Positions 13,401 through 25,475 of a stretch of 64,000 bases of DNA are shown in pieces. The stretch covers positions 2,456,861 to 2,520,860 of the forward strand of contig NW_019091359.1 in assembly GCF_001949145.1 (NCBI RefSeq), written 5' to 3'. Under the pieces are notes generated by a model. That model was not told the DNA's origin. It searched no databases and saw only the letters and a list, made by a program, of their open reading frames with translations. Position numbers and translations under genes: made by a program. Positions within the stretch are counted from its first letter, which is position 1, and the number at the start of each line of letters is the position of its first letter. This DNA comes from Acanthaster planci (taxonomy: Eukaryota).

Positions 13401-16400
13401 GGCCTATGATACAATCAAGACTACTGACTGGAAATGTATGCGACTGCATCAGAATCAACTGAGTAAACAAAACAGAACTGCACACTGCCCTATCTGCAGT
13501 GAAAAAAAAGGGTTCAGGTAAAAGGAATGGGCAATCACGCTCCGTTCTGTGCCATGTTCTATCCCAACTCGGTAACACTATCGTGCCGAATCGCTGTAAC
13601 GCGATACTATAAAGTAATTCACTGGATTATTTTTGCTGGCTGCCTAATATTGTGCGGCTGTTTCGTGCACGGGACGTGTGTAGCAAAGTGTAATGTTTTG
13701 CATGCTCGCTACAAAACGAAACTGGAAACAGCCGTTGGCTGGCACAGGCAGTACTAATTCAGAAGATTAAAGTCTGCCAGTGAGCAACATGGAAAAATTT
13801 AGCGTCAATTCAAGTATGGATTATTAAGAGGGTGAGTCACCCCCGAAATGACCTATAGATGTTTCCTGTTGTAAAGATAGCAAAGGAATGATCCAATTGT
13901 CGGAGGGGAACAGCTTGTACCTTTGATTACACCATTAAAGACCCTCAGATTTACATGAAACTCCATGTACCCACTTTATTCATATAAACTACAGAACATT
14001 TCATGAAGCTGCATCTCAGTTCTTAATGATCCTGCAACAAGGGGTCACTTCACCAAGCCAATGCAGCAATACCTCTTCAAATGTGCCATTACAGTAAGGA
14101 TTTCCCAAAACTCAATACATAAAAACAATCCGGGAAAACTGTAGATTTCGAGAAATTAACTGTAACTTACAGATACAAATTTTTATCAGAGTATGCATAG
14201 CTGTATCCATTTAAATTCTTCAACAAGGACCAATGTCACGCAGGAGTAAAAACACATGTATGAACAGTACCTGTGGTAATATAAGCAACAGGTGCCAACT
14301 GCAAAACAATGCAACAGTCTCAAAATATCATGTTCAGTGTTTCTTTTACAACACGTACTACTGCCAGTAGATTTCGTGACAGCACTCTGAGAGGGACCCA
14401 ACTCATTTAAGCATTACATGTATATCCACACGGCATTACAACAGACACAAGGTTACACACATTTGACACTGTGCACGGTGTAACTGCATCATTCAACCAT
14501 GAAGGAGAGAGTTTTTTTTAATTGGTGCTTGGGTCTGCCAACCTTTTGGATTCAGAACTGGAAAAAAGTTAATTTTTTTATTGAAAAGTCTCGGATCCGC
14601 CGAGCAACAATTTACCGATACTAGTCTAAAAACAATTTTGATTTTGCTCCCCCGTCCAACCCACGGCAAAGTCCCTGGTCCTCGGCTGCTAGTGCTGGTG
14701 TTAAGGGATACCACTTTTTTCAAGCATGCAACTTGGATTTTGATAAAAATGAGGAAATTCCATTCTTTACAAGACTTTGTACAGAGTTTTTCAATTTTCA
14801 ATGGCAGGAGTGTGACCAGTGATGGAAATAAGAATACAAAATGATTAACCCTAACAGTCCCAAATCTTCCAATTTCAATATGATTTTACGTACCCCCTTG
14901 GGGGTTGGGGTTAATAAGTTTGCTAATCATATTGTCAGTTGATAAGCACGATGATGAAATTGACTAGCAAAAAAAAAATTGGGCCTAATTAAGTACCTTT
15001 ATACCATGGTACACAGTTTTATTATCCACTGATGTGTACATCAAGGCTAAACAATGAAATAACACATAGGTATGGTATAGCATCATTGCTGACCATGGCT
15101 CTGGCCAAAAACTGGGTGGAGAGACAATTTTTAGCACAATCATGGGGAGAATAAACAAAAAACCTGCCGTCAGAGAGTCCCTACTCGTGATTTTTCTGGG
15201 TGCCATTTTAGCTCCTGAGATGTTCTACATTTGACCTAGAACGGTTGGTGACTTACACATAAGTCAAACATTTAACCAGAAAAGGGAAATGGGTATACAT
15301 GTACATCACTGCAAATTACCGGTACTAATCAGCAGTCACTGTCAGAGTTGGTGCTTTCATTGAGATCGGATAAATGTTCTGCAGAATTTCGAACAGCTTT
15401 GACTTTGGCCTCTTGCAAGCAACGTAACTCACAGTAAAGGACGATGTCTTCCAAATGACTCTCTTGTTTCAGCTGTGGCATATCTCTCAGCCACTTTTCA
15501 ACGGTACATTTGGATGGTGCTTTCGGCATTTTTGTTGCACATTGATCACCACGAAAGGACAAAAGTTAACAAGTGCTTACATACATGTATATGCAGAGTT
15601 GGTATCTGCTTGGGATGTATATAGCAACATGTAGTTCATGGCACCACTTATTGCGCATTGAATGTACATGTAGGCACTTATACCGAACTACATGTGCTAT
15701 ATAATACCACCAAATCAAAGCAACCTCGTTTCCCCCACAATCCATGGGCCTCGTGCTGGGCAAAACTAGGACAAGAAACTGGGGGCGAGTTTTGTCAAAC
15801 ATTTCGTTTTTGCTGTGAAGCTACTAGCGCTCCGCGTGGGGCCGGTTTCCGATCCGCGCCCCAAGCTTGCCGCGAGCCGGCAGGGGCGAGTTGTATGGCC
15901 TTGGTTATGCATGATTTTAAAAGAAATTTCCATTCGCAAAAATTGCAGTCCAGTTTCAAGTTTGTCTCGTTTTTTGCCCAAAATGTATCACACTTTGCGA
16001 TGCGAATCCAGCTACTCACAGGGCACTGCTTAATGACACGGAAGATATGGAACAGACGGGAGCAAGTGATCCCCTACAACGAAGGACATGTACTGTACAT
16101 TCAGTACTTGGACAGCCTGAAATGACTCCAAAACTTTGAATGTTTCAGCAATTTAGTTCACAGAACTAGATCTCCCTTTATGAGTAGGTATTTTCCGTTT
16201 TCATGTGTCTATTTGGAGGTCTCGCTGCACGTACAGGTATTTACAGAGGTCTAGTGAAGCATATTTTTCTGTTGGACCATCATCGGACTCATGCGGCGAT
16301 GGCCAGTCAGCGTAGGCACTAAATTCAGACCAGTGTACGGATGTGCCTTTACAAAACTCTGAAACAAAAAGTTGAAACTTAGGAGCACTATAATAGAAAC

Positions 16401-19400
16401 CATTTCATATGTTATATCGTGTCTGGGTCTTAATATTTTGAATGTTTCATCTGAAAACGTTCAATAAACAGGAGTGCAGTAAGCAAAGTTAAATGTAAAC
16501 AATTAATGAGAGAACAGCCAGAGAATTGACAACAGAGATTTAAATCTGGAAAAGCATTAAATCTAGCAGTGCTGTAACAGGAATCTACTGTAGCCCTATA
16601 AAGAATATGCTGGTTTTTATCTATTTAAAATAAAGATTTTGTGGCAGATTCCCCGATGTTTTGAACAAGATTCTTCAACCAACAAATAAGACCTGAAAAC
16701 AAATATTGAATTAAAGGCGTTTTTTGACACATTTTGTCATAGCTTTGGGGCAAGCAATAGCCTGATCTCAGGTGTCCAAGCTGGTTTTCCCATCATATGC
16801 TTTTACCCTGAATAACCTTGCCTCATTGAAAGACTGAACTAACCTATTCTATTTTGCTGTCAACTAGGCCTATTCTGCATTGAAACAAAAATCACAGGCC
16901 CCCAGCAGATCACAATTCAACAGTTTATCAGTAGATGAGCTTTTTATTTGGGAAAAAAAGCAGAAACCAACTGGTCGCTTGAAGTACATGTAACTAAAAT
17001 GAGGCACACTTGGGATAATGGACAACATTTGTTATGACCCCTTAATGACCTTGACATTTGATTTAGGTTGCAATCAGAATATAAATAATTACTGTGCAGA
17101 CAGGTCAGCCACCACTGAGGTCAAAGGGTATGTTCAGACATGGCCAAAGTTAATATGAATTCATTTGCCCTTGGACTAATAATCCAAAATATGCTGATGT
17201 CCAGACCAGAAAGTTACGTGGGCACTGCCCCATGTGCCACCAGGGAAAGTGGTTCAAGTTACCCCAGTGACCTACTGCAATGGTCAACTGCACCACTAGA
17301 CCTTCATAGTCCAGCCTAGCCCATCACAGCCATGCCATTTACTTGGTATGCATGCTTTACGACATGTAGGGGGATGGTCCACGCTGTCCCCTCCCCTTCC
17401 TCCCTGATCTACCGTTGCAGGTATGGCTAGTCCCACTGCATGAAAGCCCTGCAGATTTACTGTATGCAATAGGTCAGTGGGAATAAGCTACCACAGGATT
17501 GGAAGTCAGGTTCGCTGCATTGTAACATTGCTTTATTGTTCATCGCTGTGGGGGAAGATTATTATCATTACGTTATGGTAATGGTAATTCATTGATTTGT
17601 GTGAGTTTACGTTGCCCCACCCTGGTGGGGCAACTTCTACATGTGTAACATGAAACTCGGCCAAAATTTTTAAATCTTCATGAAAATGCAGTCTACAGTA
17701 TTGCAATAAGCTGCTGGGAAGGGCAGCTGTACCGACATACACCTGCCCAAAGCCTAGGGGAGGAGACAAAATTGTCATGAAGGCTACTGCAAAGTCAGTC
17801 ATACATTTAAATCCTATCTCAACCATGCCTTATCAAGTCACACGGAAGACAATGATTAAATCCTAACAATCCTGAACCAGCCTAAATTCCAACACTAGGG
17901 TTTGCTGAAATCTGTGAGAACGAGTACGAAACTTAACACACTGTGTTTTACATGGGATTAGGCCTACCACCTGGCCACCAATAAACATAGTCCAACTGTT
18001 TATATGCACAGTTTAGGGCATGTTGTTTACAACAACTGTGCCCAAGAATGAAGACTTCAGGAATTAAAGCTTCAGGTGTCATAACTTTGGTTCCCATTGA
18101 ATTTCTTGCTGTTATCTCATTCATGCACTGTCAGAAAATTTATCCCTTGGTGTCATGCATGGTCATCCACGTGATGAATCCTTTAATTGAAGTCTCAATG
18201 CACTCATTTTTTTTAAACAATTCTGATAAAATCTAGCCTGACAGTTCTCGGTTGACAGAGGCTAAGAAGTTTTCTATTAAAGCAACTAAAATGGCAAACC
18301 TTACTTAACCCTAACCCTCCCAAATCCTCCAAACTCCTTTTCTGTAAAGTGGAGGAATTTGGAGGATGCAGGGTGTACGGCAAAATTGCATGGCTGATTT
18401 TGAAGGATGCCATACGTGAAGGTCGTGGATTAGATCTTCTGTTATTGTGCTTAGTCTTACAGCCCCGACATTTCTTTTGAATCAAATGCACAGCTCAAGA
18501 GTGCCATTCACACTGCCTCAATATGACAGGAATTGACGGAGGATTTTGAAGGATTTGGACAGTTAGGCACACCTCCAAATGACATTTTCAATAAATTTTG
18601 GAGAATTTGGGCTGAATGCAATTTTTTCATGTTGAAAATTCGGAGGATTTCAGAGGATTCAGGATGGTTCCTAGTAAAAAGGCCGAGGGGGTTAAACTTT
18701 GCAATGGCTGCATCTTTCATAATCATACATGATGTATGGAACCAACACTGTACATGTACCCTGGTAAATTTGTGAATGCTTTGAAGACTAGCTAGTACGG
18801 TAATGATTTAAAGCTGGGATATTCACAAACTCTTTTAGCAGGGAGAGGGGACAAGGGTTGGCTCAAGTCTCATGACAAAGCTGGTTCACTGGACTAACAA
18901 AACTCCTACAAAACTACCACATCACAATTCCACACAAATCACCCATGACCATGTCAACCCAGCCTAATACATCAAACTATGTAAAAGGGACATTAATGCT
19001 TGGGAATATGGTTTCTTATAGGGACTTTATTTTGTAATTCTCCATGATTCTTACGAAGAATCAGAGATTTACTGAACCAATAGTCCTAGAACACAGCATC
19101 CATTTCCTCAGCTCTGTCATACATAACTCCTGTAGTAATTTGAAAGTTTACTGTGCATCTACCCCCAGATGAGGGCAATTGTCAAGTCTAAAAAAGGGGG
19201 GAGGGCATTTTTTTTTTCAATTATTGACTGCTGTGACTGGGGTTCACCCCAAATGTTTTCAAACCAGGGAACTGTAACAGGTACCCTCAATGGCAGTGAA
19301 GCACAACAAACACAGACAAACCCCCTCTGACAATAACAATACTCAGCAGCCAACAACGCACTCATGCCGATTTGTGTTTATTACACAAAAGGAAACAAAA

Positions 19401-22371
19401 AATGGGACCTGAATAGAGCCCTGTGTCCCTTCAGCTGGTTAGACTTTGAGCAAGACTGTGGTCATGACCCCGGTGACATTCAGAACAAAGACTTCACAGT
19501 GCCTCAGCCTGCCAGTTATGTTTGACCCCCCCTATATATTCATTCACTGGTTCACTGTGGCCCTGTTTGCGATTGCCACACATTAAATCTGCCTAATGTG
19601 TAGTCCTTATCACCCAGTATCCAGGTTTGCTGGGTGCTGAAGATTCAAAGAATTTTCAGAAACTCCATCTAAATGATAACTTCTGTATCACAGAATCCAA
19701 CTAGATGACTGGAATACATAGCACAATAAACAAAAAATTGTGCATCGTCAATTTATTTTCTGAGTGCAAGACCAGTTTGATCTGTGTTGGAGGTATAAAT
19801 TTTGAGAATGTTTTTACAATCTGTATCTGGCATGTTTTAGTGTTTTGGTCAGCCAAAGAAAGATTCATCAATTTCAAGTCCTGATGGGCAACCTGTCATT
19901 TGGCCGAAAACCTTGTTCGCACTCTTACAATTTACCAACCCAGAATGCCATTTATCATATATTCTAGATTTTCTAACTCTATTGAAACATTGTAAAATAA
20001 CCTGAACAACGTATGACACTGGGTCAAATGTGACGACTGAAATAAAAAGATTTTAATACTTCGCGATCCCAAGTGAAAAAAAATCCTGCAAATGATACAG
20101 GATTTGAAAATACATTGAGTTTTCAATCAAAAATTGTGGCTGGTGAAAAGTCTTGAATAATGAAAACATTCCCTTTTAGTCACTATTACAGTTTGTAATC
20201 AACTTGTGCATCATACACATAGTAAATTGTACTGTGTGAAATTTAGTGACAGAGAGGACCACAATTCTTTCAATTAGAGTTAGGGTGGGAAGTTACATGT
20301 AATTTGCTAAAAGGTTTGGAAAACTTTCCCTTACCATTTAAATATCTAAACATTTAGCTAACACTTGACAGAGGCTGCCAATGCCTACTTTGGTGATTTC
20401 ATATAATTATTTAGTTAAACAATCCACATGCACACAAAAAGTACATGGATGCGTTTTGCAAATCAGATTACAGTCATCAGTTGCAATAAAAGTGAATGCT
20501 AGACTGAGTCAATCAAAACTTTGTTTTGTTTGAACGTAGAAACGTCCAGTCCTTAGAGAGAAAACACTTAAAAGTTGCATTTCTGACCACACATACATGT
20601 TCATGTATGAGTTTATCCGTTAACTGAAAACTTCTGGATTCTTCTATTTCCTTATCGGATCATAAATCTTCAATTCTTTGATATGTTTTCAAGCGTTTCA
20701 GTTCAAAAGACAAACGCGTTGGTCATGCATACATGTACAAGTGCAATTTTTTTTTTTACAGAACATGTGATCAACAGCAACTTCTCTTGTTTCCTCTGGA
20801 TGCTATATATACTTTATGCTTGAACATTTACTCATGTATGGGCCATCAAACGTATGCAAAATGTTTGGGCTGTAACTTCTCCAGCCCCGTAAATCTTCAA
20901 AACCTTCGGCCAGATTTTAAAGGGTTTGGGCAGGCCAATGAAATAATTCAAAACTTCTGCACAACCATCCAGTGAGGACTTCATACCAACTTGGTAGGCT
21001 AACGCACTGCCCTGCTTTAAATCCAGTTCACATTTGCACAAATGCAAACATCGTGCAAATTTGTGACATCGGCGGAATTTTCATTAAAAAAAGTACAGCA
21101 AATTTGAAGAATTTGTGGCATCAAATTCATGTTTAAAATCGATTAAAATAAAAATCCCAAAATGTAATCAAACAAAATATTTAAACTTGTACAAGCATCC
21201 AGATTCTTACTTTGCAAGTTTACACAAGAAATATTTTCCTATAACATTTCAATGTAAAATTACACTAAACAGGCTGCATTTTACGAGCAGAGCTCAGGAG
21301 CATCTACAGCAATATGTTAATTAACAATAAAACGTGTAGCAGCGAGGTGTCTGTTTAACTAGCTAAATGCACACGCACAGCCTCTAAATCAAAGTTCAAT
21401 TAATGTATAATTTCTTTCGAAAGTGCTATGAAAATAACCACAAACAATTTCACTGAACTTGCAGGGTATCCGGTACAGGAGAACAAATTATGAAATTTAC
21501 AGTATCAACCGGCCATGAAAAAATTTCGAAAACAAATTTTTTCTCTTTTTCCCAAAACGCATACGACTTAAAAAATTACTATGTGCACAATTGTACACAT
21601 AAAAATGATCAATAATTAATGAATTGCAAAATTTAAGTACATTTCCCCCAATAAGCAATGATGCACACAAATGGTCGAAAGACTGAAAAAACACGAGCCA
21701 AAAATTACTTCAAGAATATTGTCTTCAATAGACTGATAAATATTCCTTCAATCCTCATCGCATTTTTAAAACAAAAGACATTTCTCTTCAATTAACCTAT
21801 TTTGAAATGACGTTTTTATTTCAATCTCTGCAGCACAAAACTCGATCGGCCCATAGCATTGTGCTTGTTAAAAAAAAAAGGCACTAGCCCTTTGTACATA
21901 TACATATAGCGGAAAGGGACCACGCTGATTGGTCAATGGGCAGCTGTCATGAGTCATATAGCGTTGTGTGTAGTGTCTATGGCGTTTTCGCATCAGGCAT
22001 GGCGCCCTGTGCTCAAACAAAGGAACACAAAGAAAGCCTATTTCTCTTCTTATTTTGAGCGATCTAATGTTGTTCTTTATCCTCGGAACTCTTCCCACGT
22101 GTTTCCCTATCGTTACCGCAATCCCACCGAGGCCCCGAAGAAGTGCCTGGGACGCTCCTTGGCGGTGGGAAAGGGTGGCAAAAGGCCGAGGAAATGCCGG
22201 AGTTTCGGCAGGATCGAGACAGAACTCATGGCGGTGACGCGCGGCGCAAGGAAAAACATCCAGCCCCTTCGCCATATCCCCGATTCTCCGCACGCTCCAA
22301 GCTACCTCGCCGAAAAAACTGAAATCACAAAGGAATAAACAACCCCAAAAACATCGCTGCAACTTACCCAT
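1468..22371 (-). CDS. Two-HMG-box protein (HMGB/DSP1-like), about 306 aa, with a Gln-rich region and an acidic C-terminal tail
   Basis: Exons with canonical GT-AG and consistent phases: 22371-22368 (ATG G, inferred first coding exon), 4738-4548 (DMMQQ...KRGRKPK...KKPKTGYFYYLEAFRK), 3802-3692 (ASEITKACGAKWTAMSEAERKPYVDLALSDRERYLAQ), 2545-2300 (RDPDKPKKPATAYFLFLEDFR...GEEWNKLTDQQKKPY), 1836-1468 (polyQ, DDDDDDEYDDEDDDDLEYGDE*). The core exons (1468-4738) are secure; the link to the 22.4 kb exon is inferred. Confidence 0.85.
3105..3589. mobile_element. TTAA-flanked non-autonomous element (piggyBac-like MITE)
   Basis: TTAA-CCCCAACCC...GGGGTTAGGA-TTAA ends with internal GGAGGATT repeats; homologous over several hundred bp to 18305-18695. 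Confidence 0.7.
4177..4235. mobile_element. 51-bp hairpin mini-element flanked by TTAA
   Basis: TTAA-ccctaacactcctca...tgaggagtgttaggg-TTAA; copies at 29187-29245 and (truncated) 28157-28207. Confidence 0.75.
5063..5435. mobile_element. MITE with imperfect terminal inverted repeats
   Basis: GGGCAAGTTAGAACAAGGACCAC...GTGGTCCTTGATCGAACTCACCC, with internal ACTAGT/GACCA motifs. Confidence 0.55.
7621..7690. repeat. (CAGCTGAAAA)7 tandem array inside a dispersed repeat
   Basis: Seven 10-mers; the flanking sequence (about 7557-7810) resembles 27248-27396. Confidence 0.85.
7925..8000. repeat. Tandem duplication of about 38 bp
   Basis: attgtacatgtccatgttaaaaaaggtgcattacagtg x2. Confidence 0.9.
10068..10086 (-). 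promoter_or_regulatory. CTCF consensus motif
   Basis: Minus strand reads CTGCCACTAGGTGGCGCTC, matching CCASYAGRKGGCRS; a weaker same-orientation site lies at 10336-10350. Confidence 0.6.
14845..14914. mobile_element. Short TTAA-flanked element of the CCCTAAC-ended family
   Basis: TTAA-ccctaacagtccc...ggggttgggg-TTAA. Confidence 0.5.
18305..18695. mobile_element. TTAA-flanked piggyBac-like MITE, same family as 3105-3589
   Basis: TTAA-CCCTAACCC...GAGGGGG-TTAA; shared internal segment gcatggctgatt..gaaggatgccat.cgtgaaggt. Confidence 0.7.
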
Positions 22372-22600
22372 CCTGACTGTTTCGAGCTGCAAACGCCACA
22401 GAGAGAAACAGGAAAATAAGTGAGCTCCGTCTTACAGGTGAACCGGCTTTTGTCCAGCTTTGCTGCCGATCAAAAACGGGTTGTTTTCGCTGAAGGTAGA
22501 AGACGAAGCACAGGGCCGAACGCGATATCGGGCAACAAAACATTCCGCTGGACCTGTCACTGGTGATAGGGATATTGCACAGCGCCCTCTATGGCTCTAT
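22368..22600 (-). promoter_or_regulatory. Probable promoter and first exon of the HMG-box gene
   Basis: CpG-rich stretch (about 21950-22600) ending in CAGGATGG|GTAAGT, a strong donor whose phase 1 matches the AT ATG ATG start of the 4738 exon. CTCF-like CAGCGCCCTCTATGGC at 22580-22595; CCAAT (21926-21932) and AP-1 TGAGTCA (21950-21956) just inside the intron. Confidence 0.6.
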
Positions 22601-22829
22601 GATTTAAAAACAGATTGAGCGAAGCAGTGATTTTACTTTATTGTTGAAATTACGTAATCTTACAAGGAAATTTGCAGAAGCCAAAAATAACACTGTCAGC
22701 TCCTTTGCGGTCAGTAATTGACAGGTTTACCTTGATTTAAAAAAATCTTACAACTGTGTATATGGCAATGACCTCTGTTCAAAATTCAATCGTTGCGTTG
22801 CAATTTTGGGGTATTTCATTTTCTTTCCC

Positions 22830-23080
22830 TTCGAGTTCAAATTCTCATGGGAATCAAGTCATTTTATTGATATTAATATGAAAACAAGAAATGAGACGAT
22901 TGAGGCTTCAATTTTTATTTAGATAAAAGAAAATGTTTTATCGGATGCACTGCATTTCCTTTTCTTTTTACCTCCTGTGTAGTTTCAAGTTCAAATTCTA
23001 ACAGGAATCAAGACATATTACTTATATGAAACCGCAAGCACTGAGACGATTGAGGCATTAACTTTTCATTTAAAGTAAAA
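22830..23080. repeat. Degenerate tandem duplication of about 150 bp
   Basis: Two copies of agttcaaattct...ggaatcaag...tgagacgattgaggc. Confidence 0.6.
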
Positions 23081-23357
23081 GCTTTTATCCAGAACTCTTA
23101 TAATGTATACATGTATATGCATATGTGTCTATGTTGACTGCTTGCTGAAGTAAGAAAGTCACAAATTACATTTTAAAACATTTTTCAAACACCTGTCTGT
23201 GGAGAATTTTTTTATTTGATTTGTTGTACCAAAGAGGTATTGAGAAAAAAGTGGACATCAGTTGATCTGAAAAAATGTTATACATTTTCTGTGCCTTCCT
23301 TTTCAAAATTTCCACCTGCCAGTTAAATGGCCAGCAGTGTAATCTGCTCTGGCAATG

Positions 23358-23560
23358 TACACTACTCAAAAAAAGTTAAGGACCATTTTTTATTTTGTGT
23401 ATACTTTCTTTTATACGAGATATTTTTCTGCTGAAAATGCCCCAATACAAACGCACAGTAATCAACTTTACCATGTAGACAAACAATAACTAATGGAACT
23501 GGACCCCACTCATCGCTTGGAAAAAACATTACGTTAAGAAAAAAGTGGTCCTTAACTTAG
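23358..23560 (+). mobile_element. Tc1/mariner-like terminus remnant
   Basis: TA-CACTACTCAAAAAAAGTTAAGGACCA resembles Tc1-family TIRs; an inverted partial copy (TGGTCCTTAACTT) lies at 23546-23558; no transposase seen. Confidence 0.45.
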
Positions 23561-25475
23561 AGATGTTACTGTCATTTAGTATATTCTATCCCTGAAAAAC
23601 GTGCTTGACTGGTTTTTCTTCATGATATTTAGCTCAAGATTGACCATGCATTAAACCCTTCACTCATGCATGAATACTGATTACATGTCGGTATTAACTC
23701 ACGTGAAATCAAAACATTTTCTTTTTCACCTTTGCTAACACTATTTATGACTTTATTTAGAATTTGAGTTACTTCGACTCAAATCCCCAAAGCTATATGT
23801 GTATTACACACATGCATTTCTCTTCACACCAACGATTACCAAAATTTACTATGGCATACACAGGATTATGAGTTGAACTTTGTTTCTAAACTACAGAAAA
23901 TAAAAGTCTGAAAAGGTGAGAAAGGTTAACATGCTTAATAACGAGTTTACATACAAACTATGTGTACTTTCTGAAAATATTTTTTAATTCAACATACGGC
24001 ACAAGTACCAGGTAAGACTCAAATGCTTAATAAGCAAGGAACTCTGACTACATAAACCAATTATGTGGCATGTAATAATCTGTGGGATTTAAACTGAAAC
24101 AGGTGCTAATAAGCAAAACTTGGATCGCAGGAAGCATTAAAAGAATAACTCTTGATATACATGTAGGTACTAAGTCAGTAAAATCTTTCACCTCTCAAAA
24201 TTAGTTGTGTACCAAATTCTTACAGATGATGGTAGTAGTAATGCACTTATTTTGACCAAAAGTTCTCAAGTTTATAATACCATGGCACATTTGATGAAGT
24301 AAAACTGTTATATGTTTAAGAAGTCAAGCTTTATCTTAGTTTTGGAGCAATACAATTGTTTAAGTTAACAGGTAATTCTATGACACTTCGGCTTTCATAT
24401 AGATGCTCATACACATAAAAGCAATGCACTAAAATCTAAAGTACTGAAACTACTCAACATGAATACTTCTTTGCAACTGGAAAATTGTGACTGGCAAGCT
24501 ATCTAAGGGAAAAAGGAATGCATAAGAAACTGGGAACTTTATTTCTAACATACGGTTCTTGAAGTTACAAACACAGGAATTTTTGGCTTTGGGAAACAAA
24601 CTCTACATTCGTTCTGCAATAGTGGCCCGAGGTCCTTTTTTTAAATGATAAAACCACTTTAATTAAGAGAGTATTTTGATCATTTGTTCTATCACTTAGA
24701 TCCTTCAGAAAAGATGAAGTAGTTGGTTTAAGCGTATCACCTTGGTGAATTACATGTATGTGCTTATAGAGACAATTTTTTCTCTTGCGTTATGAATTGA
24801 TTAATTGAGGATCTTTTTGAATTTTTGTGTGATTAGCACAGTTCTCAACATTTTGACATTTGAATTGTGTCCTGAATCTTGTTGAAAGCATTGACAGAAT
24901 AAACCTCATTAATATCCTAGAACAAGTAATTAATGGGACAAAACTGAGATTGGTTCTTACAAGCAAAAATAGCAATTGAAGTTTAACCAAAATTATAAAT
25001 AATGTGTAATCAAGATATTGAAAGGATCCCTGACTTTTGTCACTAGCCTACATACATAAAACATGCATCATACATATATCTGTATAAAACTGGAACATGC
25101 TCCTCACATAAACCTTTCTTTAATGAGGCAACCAAGTCATTTAAATACCAGTTCCATAGGGCAAGCAAGTTTTAATTGTAAATTCTTATATGCATGCACT
25201 TTCCTGTTTGAACGTCACATCAAGCTGTCTTAAAACTTTGACCACTTCTTTAAATAAAATACATGCACAGGTTGCTGAGAACTGTATAAATTTTAGATGC
25301 TAAGATATGTGTTTTCTACAGTTATTAAAAAAACAGATGCCCTGTCACAAAGTGAATCACGTTTATTATTGTACCGATATAGGAAAATAACCAAAAAAAT
25401 TGACACAATACAGCAGGACAAACAATCACCATTTCTTGATGAAATCTGACTATGAAGAACCTTCGTTTAAAGACC

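Noticed and set aside
21868..22392. ORFs of 129-174 aa in the CpG-rich region
   Set aside because: Explained by the high GC content of a promoter/first intron; no family motifs.
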